Origin: a virus
Strand: one strand, 5' to 3'
IMG/VR virus record: IMGVR_UViG_3300044609_000960
Span: 1-64,000 of that record
Length of the DNA stretch: 64,000 bases
The notes below the pieces were generated by a model, which was not told where the DNA came from, did no database searches, and saw only the letters and a program-made list of their open reading frames with translations. Position numbers and translations under genes: made by a program. The first letter of the stretch is position 1; each line of letters starts with the position of its first letter. Shown one piece after another: positions 27,235 through 37,657 of this stretch.

Positions 27235-27543
27235 ATGATTGAAATCACATTCACCAGAGAAGAACTCCGCCATCTCCACGAATTTCTTCTCAAAAATCAT
27301 CTTCAAGTCAAACAATCAGTGATTGATAAGATTGATAAAGAAGTTATTGCCGATGAAATCTTTGAACTTCTTGGTGATCTTGAGTGTTTGGATGCTACTC
27401 TTGATGAAGAATGGCAGAACAAACTATGGTATGATGACCCAGAAGATGAGTACACAATTGCTGTAAAGAGAGATCCTAAAATGTGGAATCGCCAAACGAT
27501 TGCTGAACTTAAAACTCTTATTGGTAAACTGGAGGCAAAATGA
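27235..27543 (+). CDS. Hypothetical protein
   Basis: Overlap chain. Confidence 0.65.
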   Translation: MIEITFTREELRHLHEFLLKNHLQVKQSVIDKIDKEVIADEIFELLGDLECLDATLDEEWQNKLWYDDPEDEYTIAVKRDPKMWNRQTIAELKTLIGKLEAK

Positions 27544-27821
27544 CCGAAGAAGAGCTCCCAGCATCAAACGAATTCATCACATTTGTACGAATTCAACTGA
27601 ACCACGAACAAAAACAACAACTCAATCGTTTTCTAAATCTCCATTATCTTGGTGATGTGAATTGTAATGAGTATGATGAAAACTTCAAACTTGTTGCCAA
27701 GTACCCAGAGAAAGAAACAGAGGAGTTCAAAAATGCTATGTGGAGAGCAAATATGGTCAATGAGTATCAAGTAAAAGTTGTGTATGATGTAAATGGTAAA
27801 TGTAAATTGGAGCTGCTATGA
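27540..27821 (+). CDS. Hypothetical protein
   Basis: Overlap chain. Confidence 0.65.
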   Translation: MTEEELPASNEFITFVRIQLNHEQKQQLNRFLNLHYLGDVNCNEYDENFKLVAKYPEKETEEFKNAMWRANMVNEYQVKVVYDVNGKCKLELL

Positions 27822-28981
27822 AACTCATAATCAAATACTTACTTCAAGTTCCTTTACTTTTCTTTTTTGCTACTGGGATAAACTCAATTGTTGGTGATGA
27901 CTATTTGATTTCTTTTCTTGTGGCATTTAGTTCTTTACTTCTTTATACTACTGGTGATTATCTTAAATAAACTCTTTCAATACGATAAAAAAGTTTGGGA
28001 TGATGGTGATACCGACTACACTTGGCAGTTTGGTATCATCAACAATAAAACATTACTATGGGTTCATTATGAAAACCCCAGTCGTTTAGTTTTTAGTGAT
28101 GGTGGATTACACATCCTATTCTCATTCTTTACTAATTCTTTATTTGGAGTAGATTTTCAAGTTGGTAAGGTTGGTTTGAGTTTTAACTTTTTTACTGAAT
28201 ACTTTGATGGGTGGCAAGAATGAAACTTCCATATAAACTTCAACAGTTCTGGTTGAGACAAAGAATGTGGGAATGGACTTTTTGTGCTTGGCAAAATCTA
28301 ATGTTTCCACACATTAATAGTGATAATAGTGAAGAGAGAGTAAATAGAATTTGGTTCTGGCAGTATCTAAACAACTTTGATGGAGAATTGGAGAATGACT
28401 GATGTTTAACTTCAAAAAAGATTTTGAAGAACCAACCAAAAAAGCAATTCAACAAATCATCTCATACAAAGGATACATTCCATCCAAAGACCTCAACGAG
28501 TATCAGTATCAAACCTATCTCCAAGTAGCATCACCCTACGAACTGGAAAAGGACATTATCTTTGAAGCAACGATGCGTAAAGTTATTGGAGGTGTATTAT
28601 GACTAACGAACAAATTCTTGAACTTGTAAGATTTCACTTTGAAGAGGGTGGATTGAGAGACGATGGTAGTTGTTCTGAATATTTTGGAAATACAAAAGAT
28701 TTTATTGATTTTGCCCTAGCAATCTATGAAATTGGCAATGAGAATGGTTGGGAAAGTCACCAAGAAAGTGTATCCCTGAACTCCTCTTATCCTACTGATT
28801 ATAACTATGACTAAACTACTCAAATACATCAAATCTTTAAAAACAATCTATGTTCCTTCACTTTGGTTTGGTGTTTTGTTAATTGCTTTGTTCTTTCCAC
28901 AGTATGTTTTGTGGTTTATGTTTGGAACTGTTTGGGGAGTATTGTGGATGATTGCTTACAATTGGTTTCACGACAAATAAT

Positions 28982-29060
28982 GACACTTCCCAAACTGTCC
29001 ACTGACCTCACCACAGACCCTGTGGATGCCCTATAATACTCTCATACACACAAACACCTG
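28982..29060 (+). promoter_or_regulatory. Repeated promoter/leader cassette, copy 2
   Basis: GACACTT..AACTG..CCACAG/CTGTGG..CTATAATACTCTCATACACACA..ATG. Confidence 0.7.
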
Positions 29061-29360
29061 ATGGACTTCACAGACTACGGCATTTCTCTTGAACCAGAAG
29101 AACTCCGTGAGATTATCACAGGTAAGATGGGATTTCGTAAGTGCCCTGATTGCCAAGGTGAGGGTGAGAGTTGGACACTTCATTATGTTCTTGCTGACGA
29201 CCTTGACCAAAGTAATGAGCAGTTCAAGGATGTAAGTGCCCAGTTTGCTGCTGACTTTGACGAGGACAATCTACCATCACAATATTCTTTTGGTGAATGT
29301 TATTTGTATAAATGTGATACCTGTAAAGGTGTCGGTTATATTCCTATCAGTGGTTATTGA
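29061..29360 (+). CDS. DnaJ-type zinc-ribbon protein
   Basis: CPDCQGEG...CDTCKGVG. Confidence 0.7.
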   Translation: MDFTDYGISLEPEELREIITGKMGFRKCPDCQGEGESWTLHYVLADDLDQSNEQFKDVSAQFAADFDEDNLPSQYSFGECYLYKCDTCKGVGYIPISGY

Positions 29361-30564
29361 GGAGAAAATGTATTATGCCTGACGACCTTCAGCGAGAAGA
29401 AGAACTCTTCCTCAAAGCACTTGAAGAATACAAAGAGAAAAAATCGCAAGAACCAAAAGACAAAACCACAAACACTCTACCAGCAGTAATCGCAGCAGTA
29501 TTATGACTAACCAACAAAAAGCAGAAGAACTCCTAAAAGTTTTCTGGGAGAGTCAAGCACACAATCCTGCTTGGTTGCTTCAAGAAACTCTTCAACAACT
29601 TCGTAAGCAACTATCAGGAACCAATAAGATTGATTTTACTGATGAACTAGATGTGATGTTTAATGCTGGATGGGATGAATGTCTCAAAGAGATTGATGCA
29701 ATTTGTGATGAGTTGGAATTGCTATGACTGAAAGAGCACAAAAAGTAAAAGAAGCATTTTGGGAAAACACAAAATATCCAGATGACCTTGATGAATGGAA
29801 CCTTGCTAATGCTCTCCGTGAAGTCATAAACCAACTCCAACAAAGCCCTGGTGTGATTATGTGTGCTGATGTGTTAGAATTATGTGAGGAGATTCAAAAA
29901 CTATGAAATTTGATGGATTTGATTGGGTATTTTTGACTATCCCTATTTTTATAATCGTTGCTGCTGCTGCTGTTCTTACCTATGGTGATCAACAACAACG
30001 AGTATTATTCCAACAAACATACAATAAGAACTTGGAGTGTCGTCAAGCACTCAAAGACCAAACAGTAGGAAGAGTGAATGAGATTTGTGGCGATGTTCCT
30101 GCTATTGGAGCTTTTGTGAAATGATTGAAATTCAAAAGAACTATAAACTCACACTCACAGAAACACAAGCAAAAGAACTCTATGAATTTTTGAGAGGAGC
30201 AAAGGATTGTGGTCATTTATCTACTGACCGAGATTTGGTGCTTGTCTATCACGAACTCAAGAAAATCTTTGATACTGGAATCCGATGAAAGTTTATTCAC
30301 TCTATTATAAAGACACATTCGTAGTAGCATTTCCAAATCGGGAAGATACTATGGATTATGGTAAGAAGTATTATGATGAGTATGCTTGGGATTGTAATAT
30401 CCTTGAAGAGTATTTGAATAAGACACCTTATCAAATGTATACTCCTCCTTATACTACACCTAATATTATTCCTTGCGTTTCTCCTAATACTACAAAGTTG
30501 GTTCATACTGCTCAACCTAATGACCCAAAGCCTTATTTTGATACTTATAGTGGAGTGAAAGCAA

Positions 30565-30987
30565 ATGACTAAAACTCAATCAGCATTAGAACGAGTTATT
30601 ATTGAACTTGATAGTTGGTGTGATAATTGGACACCCACATCTTATAATGACCCTCGCATTAGTTTGAGACAGATTGCTGACCGTGCCCGTGATGTTTTAG
30701 ACCCTAGGAAAAAAAAAATGACTGACTTTCAACCAAAACCACAAACACCAGAGGAAGTAGATCAAGGTCTTCGTGATGCTTTTATACAAGCAAAGGAAGA
30801 CGGAGTGTTTGATTGGGGGGTAAAATTCCATCAACCAAAATACTCCAACTGGAAATGCTACTTATTTGGTAATCGTCCTGGTGGAAATGGAATAATGTAT
30901 GTTCCATCAGAAGGACGAGTGCCTAATCGTTTTGTGAGGTTTATGATGAGGATCTGTTTTGATTGTTTATGGGTAAAGGACACTTGA
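30565..30987 (+). CDS. Hypothetical protein, apparent fusion of two ORFs across an A10 run
   Basis: Internal AAAAAAAAAATG junction at ~30709-30720. Confidence 0.55.
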   Translation: MTKTQSALERVIIELDSWCDNWTPTSYNDPRISLRQIADRARDVLDPRKKKMTDFQPKPQTPEEVDQGLRDAFIQAKEDGVFDWGVKFHQPKYSNWKCYLFGNRPGGNGIMYVPSEGRVPNRFVRFMMRICFDCLWVKDT

Positions 30988-31057
30988 AGAACTGACCCAG
31001 GAGCATCCCACAGGTGCTCCTTTTGGTCTATAATACTCTCATACACACAGACACCCG
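30979..31057 (+). promoter_or_regulatory. Repeated promoter/leader cassette, copy 3
   Basis: GACACTTGAAGAACTG..GGAGCATC-CCACA-GGTGCTCC-TTTT..CTATAATACTCTCATACACACA..ATG. Confidence 0.7.
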
Positions 31058-31447
31058 ATGATTGACATCACAACTCAAATTCGTATCCAAAACCACGCAG
31101 ATTATTGGTATACTGCCGAAGATCTTAATGTTGACTTAGGTTGTGAAGGTTTCACCGTTTCCTATTGGGAAATTCGCAAGGGAGAAGGAGATAAACGAGT
31201 TAATTTTATTATTATGGATAAAGAAGAAGCACTCGCACTCGCAGACGCAATCTACAAACTTTTTAAGAACTGATGCACTACGAAACTGACATCATCATTC
31301 ATCAGTATTCATCCGATGGAGATTTTTATTACAAACTCAAAGTCACAGATGTAATGAATATGGATTACTACTATGATGGTAGTGCTTCTACACTTGATGA
31401 TGTTATGGAATGTATCCAACTTCACCTCAAACAACACCAGAACTGAA

Positions 31448-31774
31448 ATGACTATCAAAGCAACTGAATTTCTCAAACTCTTTACCAAAGCAGAAAAACT
31501 TGATTTGAGTGTTGAGGTTTGTGAGGACAAAGATGGTGATTATGTAATTCGTATCTATGAAATGTTCCGTTCAGAAGGATTTGATGAAAAAGTAGTCATC
31601 ACTCAAAATGGTGAGAGCAACTGGAACAAAGGATGTTATAGTTTTGATTGTATGATGGATGTTCTTGATAATATGTTAGAAGAAAAACTATTAGAGGAAA
31701 TCAAAGAACAAAAACGACAAGAACTTCTTGCTCGTTTGACTGATTTTGAAAAGGATTTGCTTGGAGTAAAATGA
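31448..31774 (+). CDS. Hypothetical protein
   Basis: C-terminal LARLTDFEKDLLGVK. Confidence 0.7.
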   Translation: MTIKATEFLKLFTKAEKLDLSVEVCEDKDGDYVIRIYEMFRSEGFDEKVVITQNGESNWNKGCYSFDCMMDVLDNMLEEKLLEEIKEQKRQELLARLTDFEKDLLGVK

Positions 31775-31994
31775 CTGAACAACGCAAACTGTGTAAAGAT
31801 TGTCTCCACTATAAGAAAAGTTGGTTTGGGCATCTTTTTGGGAATAACTCATTTGATAGATGTTATAATCCAATCATAACTGGTGATTTGGTGACTGGAG
31901 ACAAAAAAAGTGAAAGTTGTAAAGATGCCAGACATTTTGAGATGTATTGTGGTAGAGCTGGTAAGTATTTTGAGCAACTATGGGGAGATAGGAA

Positions 31995-32336
31995 ATGACT
32001 ATCAAACGCATTCAAGTTAAAGAAACTCAACGATACTGGGGAGATTTTGAAGGTTCTCTTGATAGTATTATTGCTTCACTCCAGAGGGAATTGGATGCTG
32101 GTTGGGAAGGTATTGTGATTGAATATGAACGAGATTATGGTGATTGTCACGACCAAGAAGTTCCTTATCTTTACAAGCATCGGGAAGAAACTGACAAAGA
32201 GTATGAGAAACGAATGAAACAACTGGAGAAAGAAAAAGCAGAAAAAGCAAAAGCAAAGGAACGAAAACTTCAACAACTCAAGAAAGACCTTGCTAATCTA
32301 ACTGATGATGAACTCAAACAACTTGGAGTAAAATGA
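31995..32336 (+). CDS. Hypothetical protein
   Basis: C-terminal LANLTDDELKQLGVK. Confidence 0.7.
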   Translation: MTIKRIQVKETQRYWGDFEGSLDSIIASLQRELDAGWEGIVIEYERDYGDCHDQEVPYLYKHREETDKEYEKRMKQLEKEKAEKAKAKERKLQQLKKDLANLTDDELKQLGVK

Positions 32337-32514
32337 TTGAACGAGCAAAATTCACACACGTCACACGAGTGATTGACCCAAAGACACGCATTCATTATCT
32401 GGATGCTGTTGATGAGAATGGACGACACTGGACTGCCCAGATGACACATACAGAAGAGCCTTGGATTATCTACAAGGAAGTTTGGAAAGAAGACCCACAG
32501 CAACCTTACATTCT

Positions 32515-33129
32515 ATGACTGAAACCGACATTTCAAAAGTTCTCATTGAAGGAGAATACGCAACTATTATGGGCGTAAAGTATAAGAGAGTGGAAGAACC
32601 AAAACCAAGAATGAACTTTCTATTTGATGGAAAGTGTGAGGTTGTTTCTTATAACAAAAAATCTTATTATCGTTTTGAATTTCTTGATGAGATTTATTGG
32701 TATAAGAGAACCAGTCATGAGACCTACTTAGATTTGAAGTTAGAACGCATTACTGATGGTGAAACTCATCGTCTTCTTGAAGGTGTGTGGTTCAATGATG
32801 TAAAGAAGGGAAAGTATGATGAACCTTATTGTCCCGATGAACCAGAACATTATGATGAAGTAGAGTGGGATGAGAAGGATAATCCCCAGTATCGTATTAC
32901 TGACGAAGTAGTTGATAAATTAATCAAACAACAACAAGCACAAAAACTTTTTAATAGATTGGTAGATGAACTTGGTTATGATTTTGATGCTTGTAATGAT
33001 GTTGTAAATTTGGTTGAGGACTGGTTGCCGAAAGAGCAATCAGCAGCAGGAAGTCAGAATGTAAATACTGAATTGCTTGTAGATGGATTTAATGATTGTT
33101 TGCGTAAAATTAAGGGGATGCTACGATGA
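32515..33129 (+). CDS. Hypothetical protein
   Basis: Overlap chain. Confidence 0.7.
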   Translation: MTETDISKVLIEGEYATIMGVKYKRVEEPKPRMNFLFDGKCEVVSYNKKSYYRFEFLDEIYWYKRTSHETYLDLKLERITDGETHRLLEGVWFNDVKKGKYDEPYCPDEPEHYDEVEWDEKDNPQYRITDEVVDKLIKQQQAQKLFNRLVDELGYDFDACNDVVNLVEDWLPKEQSAAGSQNVNTELLVDGFNDCLRKIKGMLR

Positions 33130-34062
33130 GATACAATCCAGCAGATTGGGACACATACACCCAAAAACAAAGAAAAGAATGGTATTATACACCAGTTGAA
33201 GAACAAAGAGAGATTGTAAACAAATCATATCTCTCACTGATTACTGATGATAATGGAAATCTTGATGCTTTGAAAATCGTTGAGATTATTATGGATTTAC
33301 AAGACCGAGTAGACGACCTTGAAATTGAATGTGTGAGGAAAGAGTATTACTAATGACTACTAAACGAAACTTTACACAAGAACTCCTATACACATATTAT
33401 AATGATATGGAAGGTGGAGACGATATTGAAAGCATTGATTATCGTTCTTTGATTCACATCATCACCGAACTTCATAACAGGATCGAGAAACTTGAGGCAT
33501 GGAAAGATCGCGTGCAAAAAACTGCTAAGGAGATCAAATGACTGAAGATGATAAGTATGCTCTTAAAGAGTTTCTCCGTGCCGTCGGTGTTACTGCCGGT
33601 GTCCTTATTATCTTCGGTATAATTTGCCTTGTGATTATTAGTTTTTCCACAGACGGTGATAAACCACTGAACTCCTCATTATTTGAAGTGGTTGACAAAT
33701 ACAAAGAATGTGATATAGTAAGGTATGCTCCGCATCAGGCAGCAGAATACAAATACTTCCTTTATTGCGAGAAGAACAAATGACCCATTCTGAGCATTAC
33801 TACGACTATAACCGCAACGATCCCTCCCGCCCCAACCCCTTCGACTCACTCCCCAATCCTATGGCCGAGGGGATTATGGACATCTACTACAATAATTTTT
33901 CCGACCTAGATGATAGCCCCTTTGATCGTAAATGCATTGCCGATATCCTAGAGTACACAATCAGGCAACTCCGAGAGCATCAAGAACCAGGGCATGGTCG
34001 CTTTATAATCTTTTGTGAAGATCTCTGGGACGTGGTTGATACCTTGAGAAGAGAGTCCTATA

Positions 34063-34596
34063 ATGAATGAGGATATGCCATGGGTCAACTTGACAGACAA
34101 AGAAGTAGAAGAACTCCGCGCCAAAAAGCACGAGCTCACCGAGTATGGTAAACAACGACTGAAACAACTCATGAGGAACCAAGAACCCTATCCAGACGCA
34201 ATGTTTGAAGAGGCAGAGCGACGCGAGGCAGAGCGTAGAGCCCTTGATGCTGTTGATAAACTTTACAAAGAGAATGGTGATGCTCTAAAACAACTTGCTG
34301 AAATTGAAAAAGAAGAATGGGAACGCAAAGAACGAAGTGATACTGTGCTGGCGCGGTATAATGCCTTTTATAATGATGAGTGCTCTGGTATGCCTCATGG
34401 CACACCAATCACACCGGAGCATATGCAAGCAATGACTCTGGAATGTATGATTGATGCTCTCATCTGCGAAAATATGAATGTGGAGTATAATGCGATTGCG
34501 ATTGATGATATCAAGGATTTGATTGAAGGATTGTATCGGCAGAGTGATGAGTTTTTAGAACGAGTGAGAAAACTTAAGGAGGAGAATAATGGATAA
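34063..34596 (+). CDS. Hypothetical helical protein
   Basis: 177-aa ORF. Confidence 0.7.
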   Translation: MNEDMPWVNLTDKEVEELRAKKHELTEYGKQRLKQLMRNQEPYPDAMFEEAERREAERRALDAVDKLYKENGDALKQLAEIEKEEWERKERSDTVLARYNAFYNDECSGMPHGTPITPEHMQAMTLECMIDALICENMNVEYNAIAIDDIKDLIEGLYRQSDEFLERVRKLKEENNG

Positions 34597-34879
34597 ACCA
34601 TTCTATCGGTTTTTTGTGATTGATTATTGTGCTACTGGTGAAGGTCGTTCTATCTGGTTGCAGATCTGTCGCTATGACCTCGACGGAGAAAGAGATTATG
34701 AGTTCGCAAAATTTGTAAACTTCGTGAACAATGATTATTATCTGCGTGGATGTGATGAACTTACAGAGCGAGAGTTTTTGGATAAGTATACAAGGTTTAT
34801 GCCAAACCTGATTGCTGATATGCTACAGAAGAAAACTATCGGCACATGGAAAACTCATTTGCATTTTAACCTATCATGA
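34589..34879 (+). CDS. Hypothetical protein
   Basis: DYCATGEGRS motif; GGAG RBS. Confidence 0.7.
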   Translation: MDKPFYRFFVIDYCATGEGRSIWLQICRYDLDGERDYEFAKFVNFVNNDYYLRGCDELTEREFLDKYTRFMPNLIADMLQKKTIGTWKTHLHFNLS

Positions 34880-35241
34880 GTCGATTTATTAAAAACCCAG
34901 ATGAGATTATCCTAGAGGATATTAAAATGGTACATTATGAAACCATGGAACAAGGCCGGGCTGTATGGCTTGGAATATACCTCAATAATGGCCAAATCTT
35001 CCATCTCAATATCGGAGGAGATAATCTCTATGTTAATTATTCAGATGAAAGCATGGATTGAGGAGGCATGGTGGGCGTGGGGTAATGGTGTCTCATTTCG
35101 ATTCATCAACTACAATGACAACATTGACCGCCTCGCTTTTTTCGAAGAAATAAACTGTGGGTGGTACCAGATGTACATCTATCCCTACGACGATTGGTTT
35201 CTCCCATCTCGATCTCCAGAGCGTAAGATACGACTAGAACA

Positions 35242-35586
35242 ATGAACCTCCCAACTTCTCTAAATAAGTGGATCATCTCAAATAAATTTATTAAGCATAC
35301 CCCATTCTGGTGGTGGTATCGTCTGATTTCCCATGACAGATTCCGCCTCGGTGACTATCACATCTACCCAGAGTTTTGGCATTCTTTAAATGGAGGATGG
35401 GAACACATGGAATACGTATATAAGTTCGAGGAGTTTTGGGGTAAAGATTCCTATCCACCAGAATGTATTACTGTCTCTGAAGAGGCTTATGATGAGTTGT
35501 TACGACGTATCCACTCTCCCCCAGATCCTGTTAAAATAGAGAGGTTAAAAGAAATACTGAATCGTAAAGCCCCTTGGGAGGATTAA
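35242..35586 (+). CDS. Hypothetical Trp-rich protein
   Basis: Overlap chain. Confidence 0.65.
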   Translation: MNLPTSLNKWIISNKFIKHTPFWWWYRLISHDRFRLGDYHIYPEFWHSLNGGWEHMEYVYKFEEFWGKDSYPPECITVSEEAYDELLRRIHSPPDPVKIERLKEILNRKAPWED

Positions 35587-35902
35587 AATGAAACCTGAAT
35601 TTTCTCAACGTCAATACAAACTCATTTACCACGCCATCCGCCGATACCAAATCGAAAAAACCGTGCTTAATAGTTCTGAATACCATGACTGTAATGAAAT
35701 TCTTGACGAACTCTTTGACCATGTCTACACCCAGCACAAGGAGCAAGTAACATGATTGAGTGCATAGAAGAATGTGATGGATCCCTAACATTCTCATGGG
35801 ACGAAAACGATCCAGTTGAAAGAGTCTTGAATACTTGGACAGAGCAAGACTTCATCGATGCCATTATGGCCCAAATTAATTGCTTAAAGGAGGCAGAAGT
35901 TA

Positions 35903-36319
35903 ATGGGGATGTTTGATTACTTCCGATCATCTTATGACCTTGGAGAACCCTTTACCGAGGTAGAGTGCCAGACAAAAGACATGGAGAGGGGCATAGGTGG
36001 CACTATGAGTACCTATTGGCTCGATCCTAGTGGGAGGTTGTGGCTTATTGACACCCGTGAAGCCTTTGACTTTGGTGAGGATCCAAACTGGGTCGATGAT
36101 GGGAAAAAAATTTCCGCTCTGTTTAGGTATAAATTTTTACCAAATGGCAAGCATGGGAAGGTAACTCTTCATGACATCACAGACTACGTCTGCGTATATC
36201 CTGCTCGATGGGACGGGGAATGGGAGGACTGGCCAACTTGCCGAATACATTTTATCCGTGGAGTATTACAGGGCTATGAAAACATCTCTAAAATGGACTC
36301 GTATAAGTCCTCTGATTAA
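35903..36319 (+). CDS. Conserved phage hypothetical protein
   Basis: MGMFDY...QTKD...YW.D..G.LW pattern. Confidence 0.75.
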   Translation: MGMFDYFRSSYDLGEPFTEVECQTKDMERGIGGTMSTYWLDPSGRLWLIDTREAFDFGEDPNWVDDGKKISALFRYKFLPNGKHGKVTLHDITDYVCVYPARWDGEWEDWPTCRIHFIRGVLQGYENISKMDSYKSSD

Positions 36320-36397
36320 TCTTGGATTTAAAACTTTTACTATATTTTCCCTCATTACAGCATTTATATATTGGGGGCTTAATAACGCTTACCAAAA

Positions 36398-36676
36398 ATG
36401 ACTAAATTTGAAGAAATAAACGAGTACTTTATGGCAGAGCATGGCTTTGCCTTATTCCTTATCGAGGAACCCTATCTCATGATGAGGAAACGCAAAACAG
36501 CAAGATGGGTTGGATCTGCTGATCCAAATATCACATTACTTAAACGGAATGGGAAGCCTACCACTCGTTATCCCAAATCCCGTGGTATAATTATGAACGG
36601 TGGGTTCAGGCCTATATCTCTGAACACTCTGGTATCAAATCTTAAGGACAACCGTCCTCTCTATTCCAAGATCTGA
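36398..36676 (+). CDS. Hypothetical basic protein
   Basis: Last ORF of the chain. Confidence 0.6.
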   Translation: MTKFEEINEYFMAEHGFALFLIEEPYLMMRKRKTARWVGSADPNITLLKRNGKPTTRYPKSRGIIMNGGFRPISLNTLVSNLKDNRPLYSKI

Positions 36677-36829
36677 TTTCAGTTTAAAGTTAAATTCAAC
36701 TATTTATCAAGCCTCTGAGACTTATCCTCATGCTTAATGGGTAGTTGTCATGGTATCTCTAATTCATCTATAAACAATTGCAGATTGCAAAGATGACCCT
36801 GGAATATCGTGTCCATTACATCGGAGCTC

Positions 36830-37183
36830 ATGAAAAAAACTTTAGTTACCCTAGCCCTGGCTAGTCTTTCTCTTATCCCTCTTTCTGCAAGAGCAGGACA
36901 ACAATGCGGAGAAGCAAGTTATTATGGATTAGGGGACGGATATCAAGGTGGAATTACTGCATCTGGTCGAAGGTTTGATACATGGTCAAACCAGGCAGCT
37001 CACAAATGGCTACCCTTTGGTACTGTTGTTACTGTGACTGCTAATGGCCGAAGCACGAGAGCAGTGATCACCGACCGCGGACCTTTTGTCGGCGGAAGGG
37101 TCATCGACTTATCGGCTAAGTCCTTTGGCGATCTTGGTCCACTCTCACGAGGAGTACACAATGTCTGCATCTCGTGGAGATGA
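36830..37183 (+). CDS. rlpA: RlpA-like DPBB lytic transglycosylase with signal peptide
   Basis: ASYYG, TASG..FD, AAHKWLPFGT, ITDRGPF..GRVIDLS. Confidence 0.9.
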   Translation: MKKTLVTLALASLSLIPLSARAGQQCGEASYYGLGDGYQGGITASGRRFDTWSNQAAHKWLPFGTVVTVTANGRSTRAVITDRGPFVGGRVIDLSAKSFGDLGPLSRGVHNVCISWR

Positions 37184-37209
37184 GATAACTAACAACTGAA
37201 TACAAAGTT

Positions 37210-37235
37210 AGCCCCGAGCAAGAGCCTGGGGCTTT
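37210..37235. terminator. Probable bidirectional terminator between rlpA and dps
   Basis: AGCCCC...GGGGCT stem between convergent genes. Confidence 0.5.
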
Positions 37236-37241
37236 AAAGTA

Positions 37242-37655
37242 TCAAAGTTCTTCTAAAACTGAACCTAATAAATACTCAATAGTGTTACAATCGGAAAGTA
37301 TATCCTCTACAATATTTACTATTCCGTAATTGCGTCCACTCTCCGCTTCTTCTCTGAGTCTTTCCAGCCCTTCTCTGAATTCTCCATTAAGTCTTTGAAG
37401 TCCATCACAGAGATCAGACGCAGTGGCCCATGTTAGTTCAGGCACGGAGTTAAAGATGGATGCTCTGATCTCAATCCTTGCACCTCTTGCTTGTTCGGCC
37501 AAAATATCTACTTTTTCCTGTACCATCTCGTAGATCTTTTCAAAGAGTAGATGGAACTGATAAAAATTTGTGCCAACAATATTCCAATGTGCTAATCTAG
37601 CAGCACCTAAGAGATTATTTTGGAGTTCTAAAGCTTGGAGGAATAAAGTTTCCAT
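37242..37655 (-). CDS. dps: Dps/ferritin-like protein
   Basis: AHWNIVG.NFYQFHLLFE...DILAEQ ferroxidase signature. Confidence 0.8.
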   Translation of the reverse strand: METLFLQALELQNNLLGAARLAHWNIVGTNFYQFHLLFEKIYEMVQEKVDILAEQARGARIEIRASIFNSVPELTWATASDLCDGLQRLNGEFREGLERLREEAESGRNYGIVNIVEDILSDCNTIEYLLGSVLEEL

Positions 37656-37657
37656 AT

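Larger units (their letters stand above)
24050..36676 (+). other. Hyperplastic region of about 50 small co-oriented, mostly ATGA-overlapping hypothetical ORFs
   Basis: Continuous chain of 40-200-aa ORFs on + strand with repeated promoter cassettes. Confidence 0.85.
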
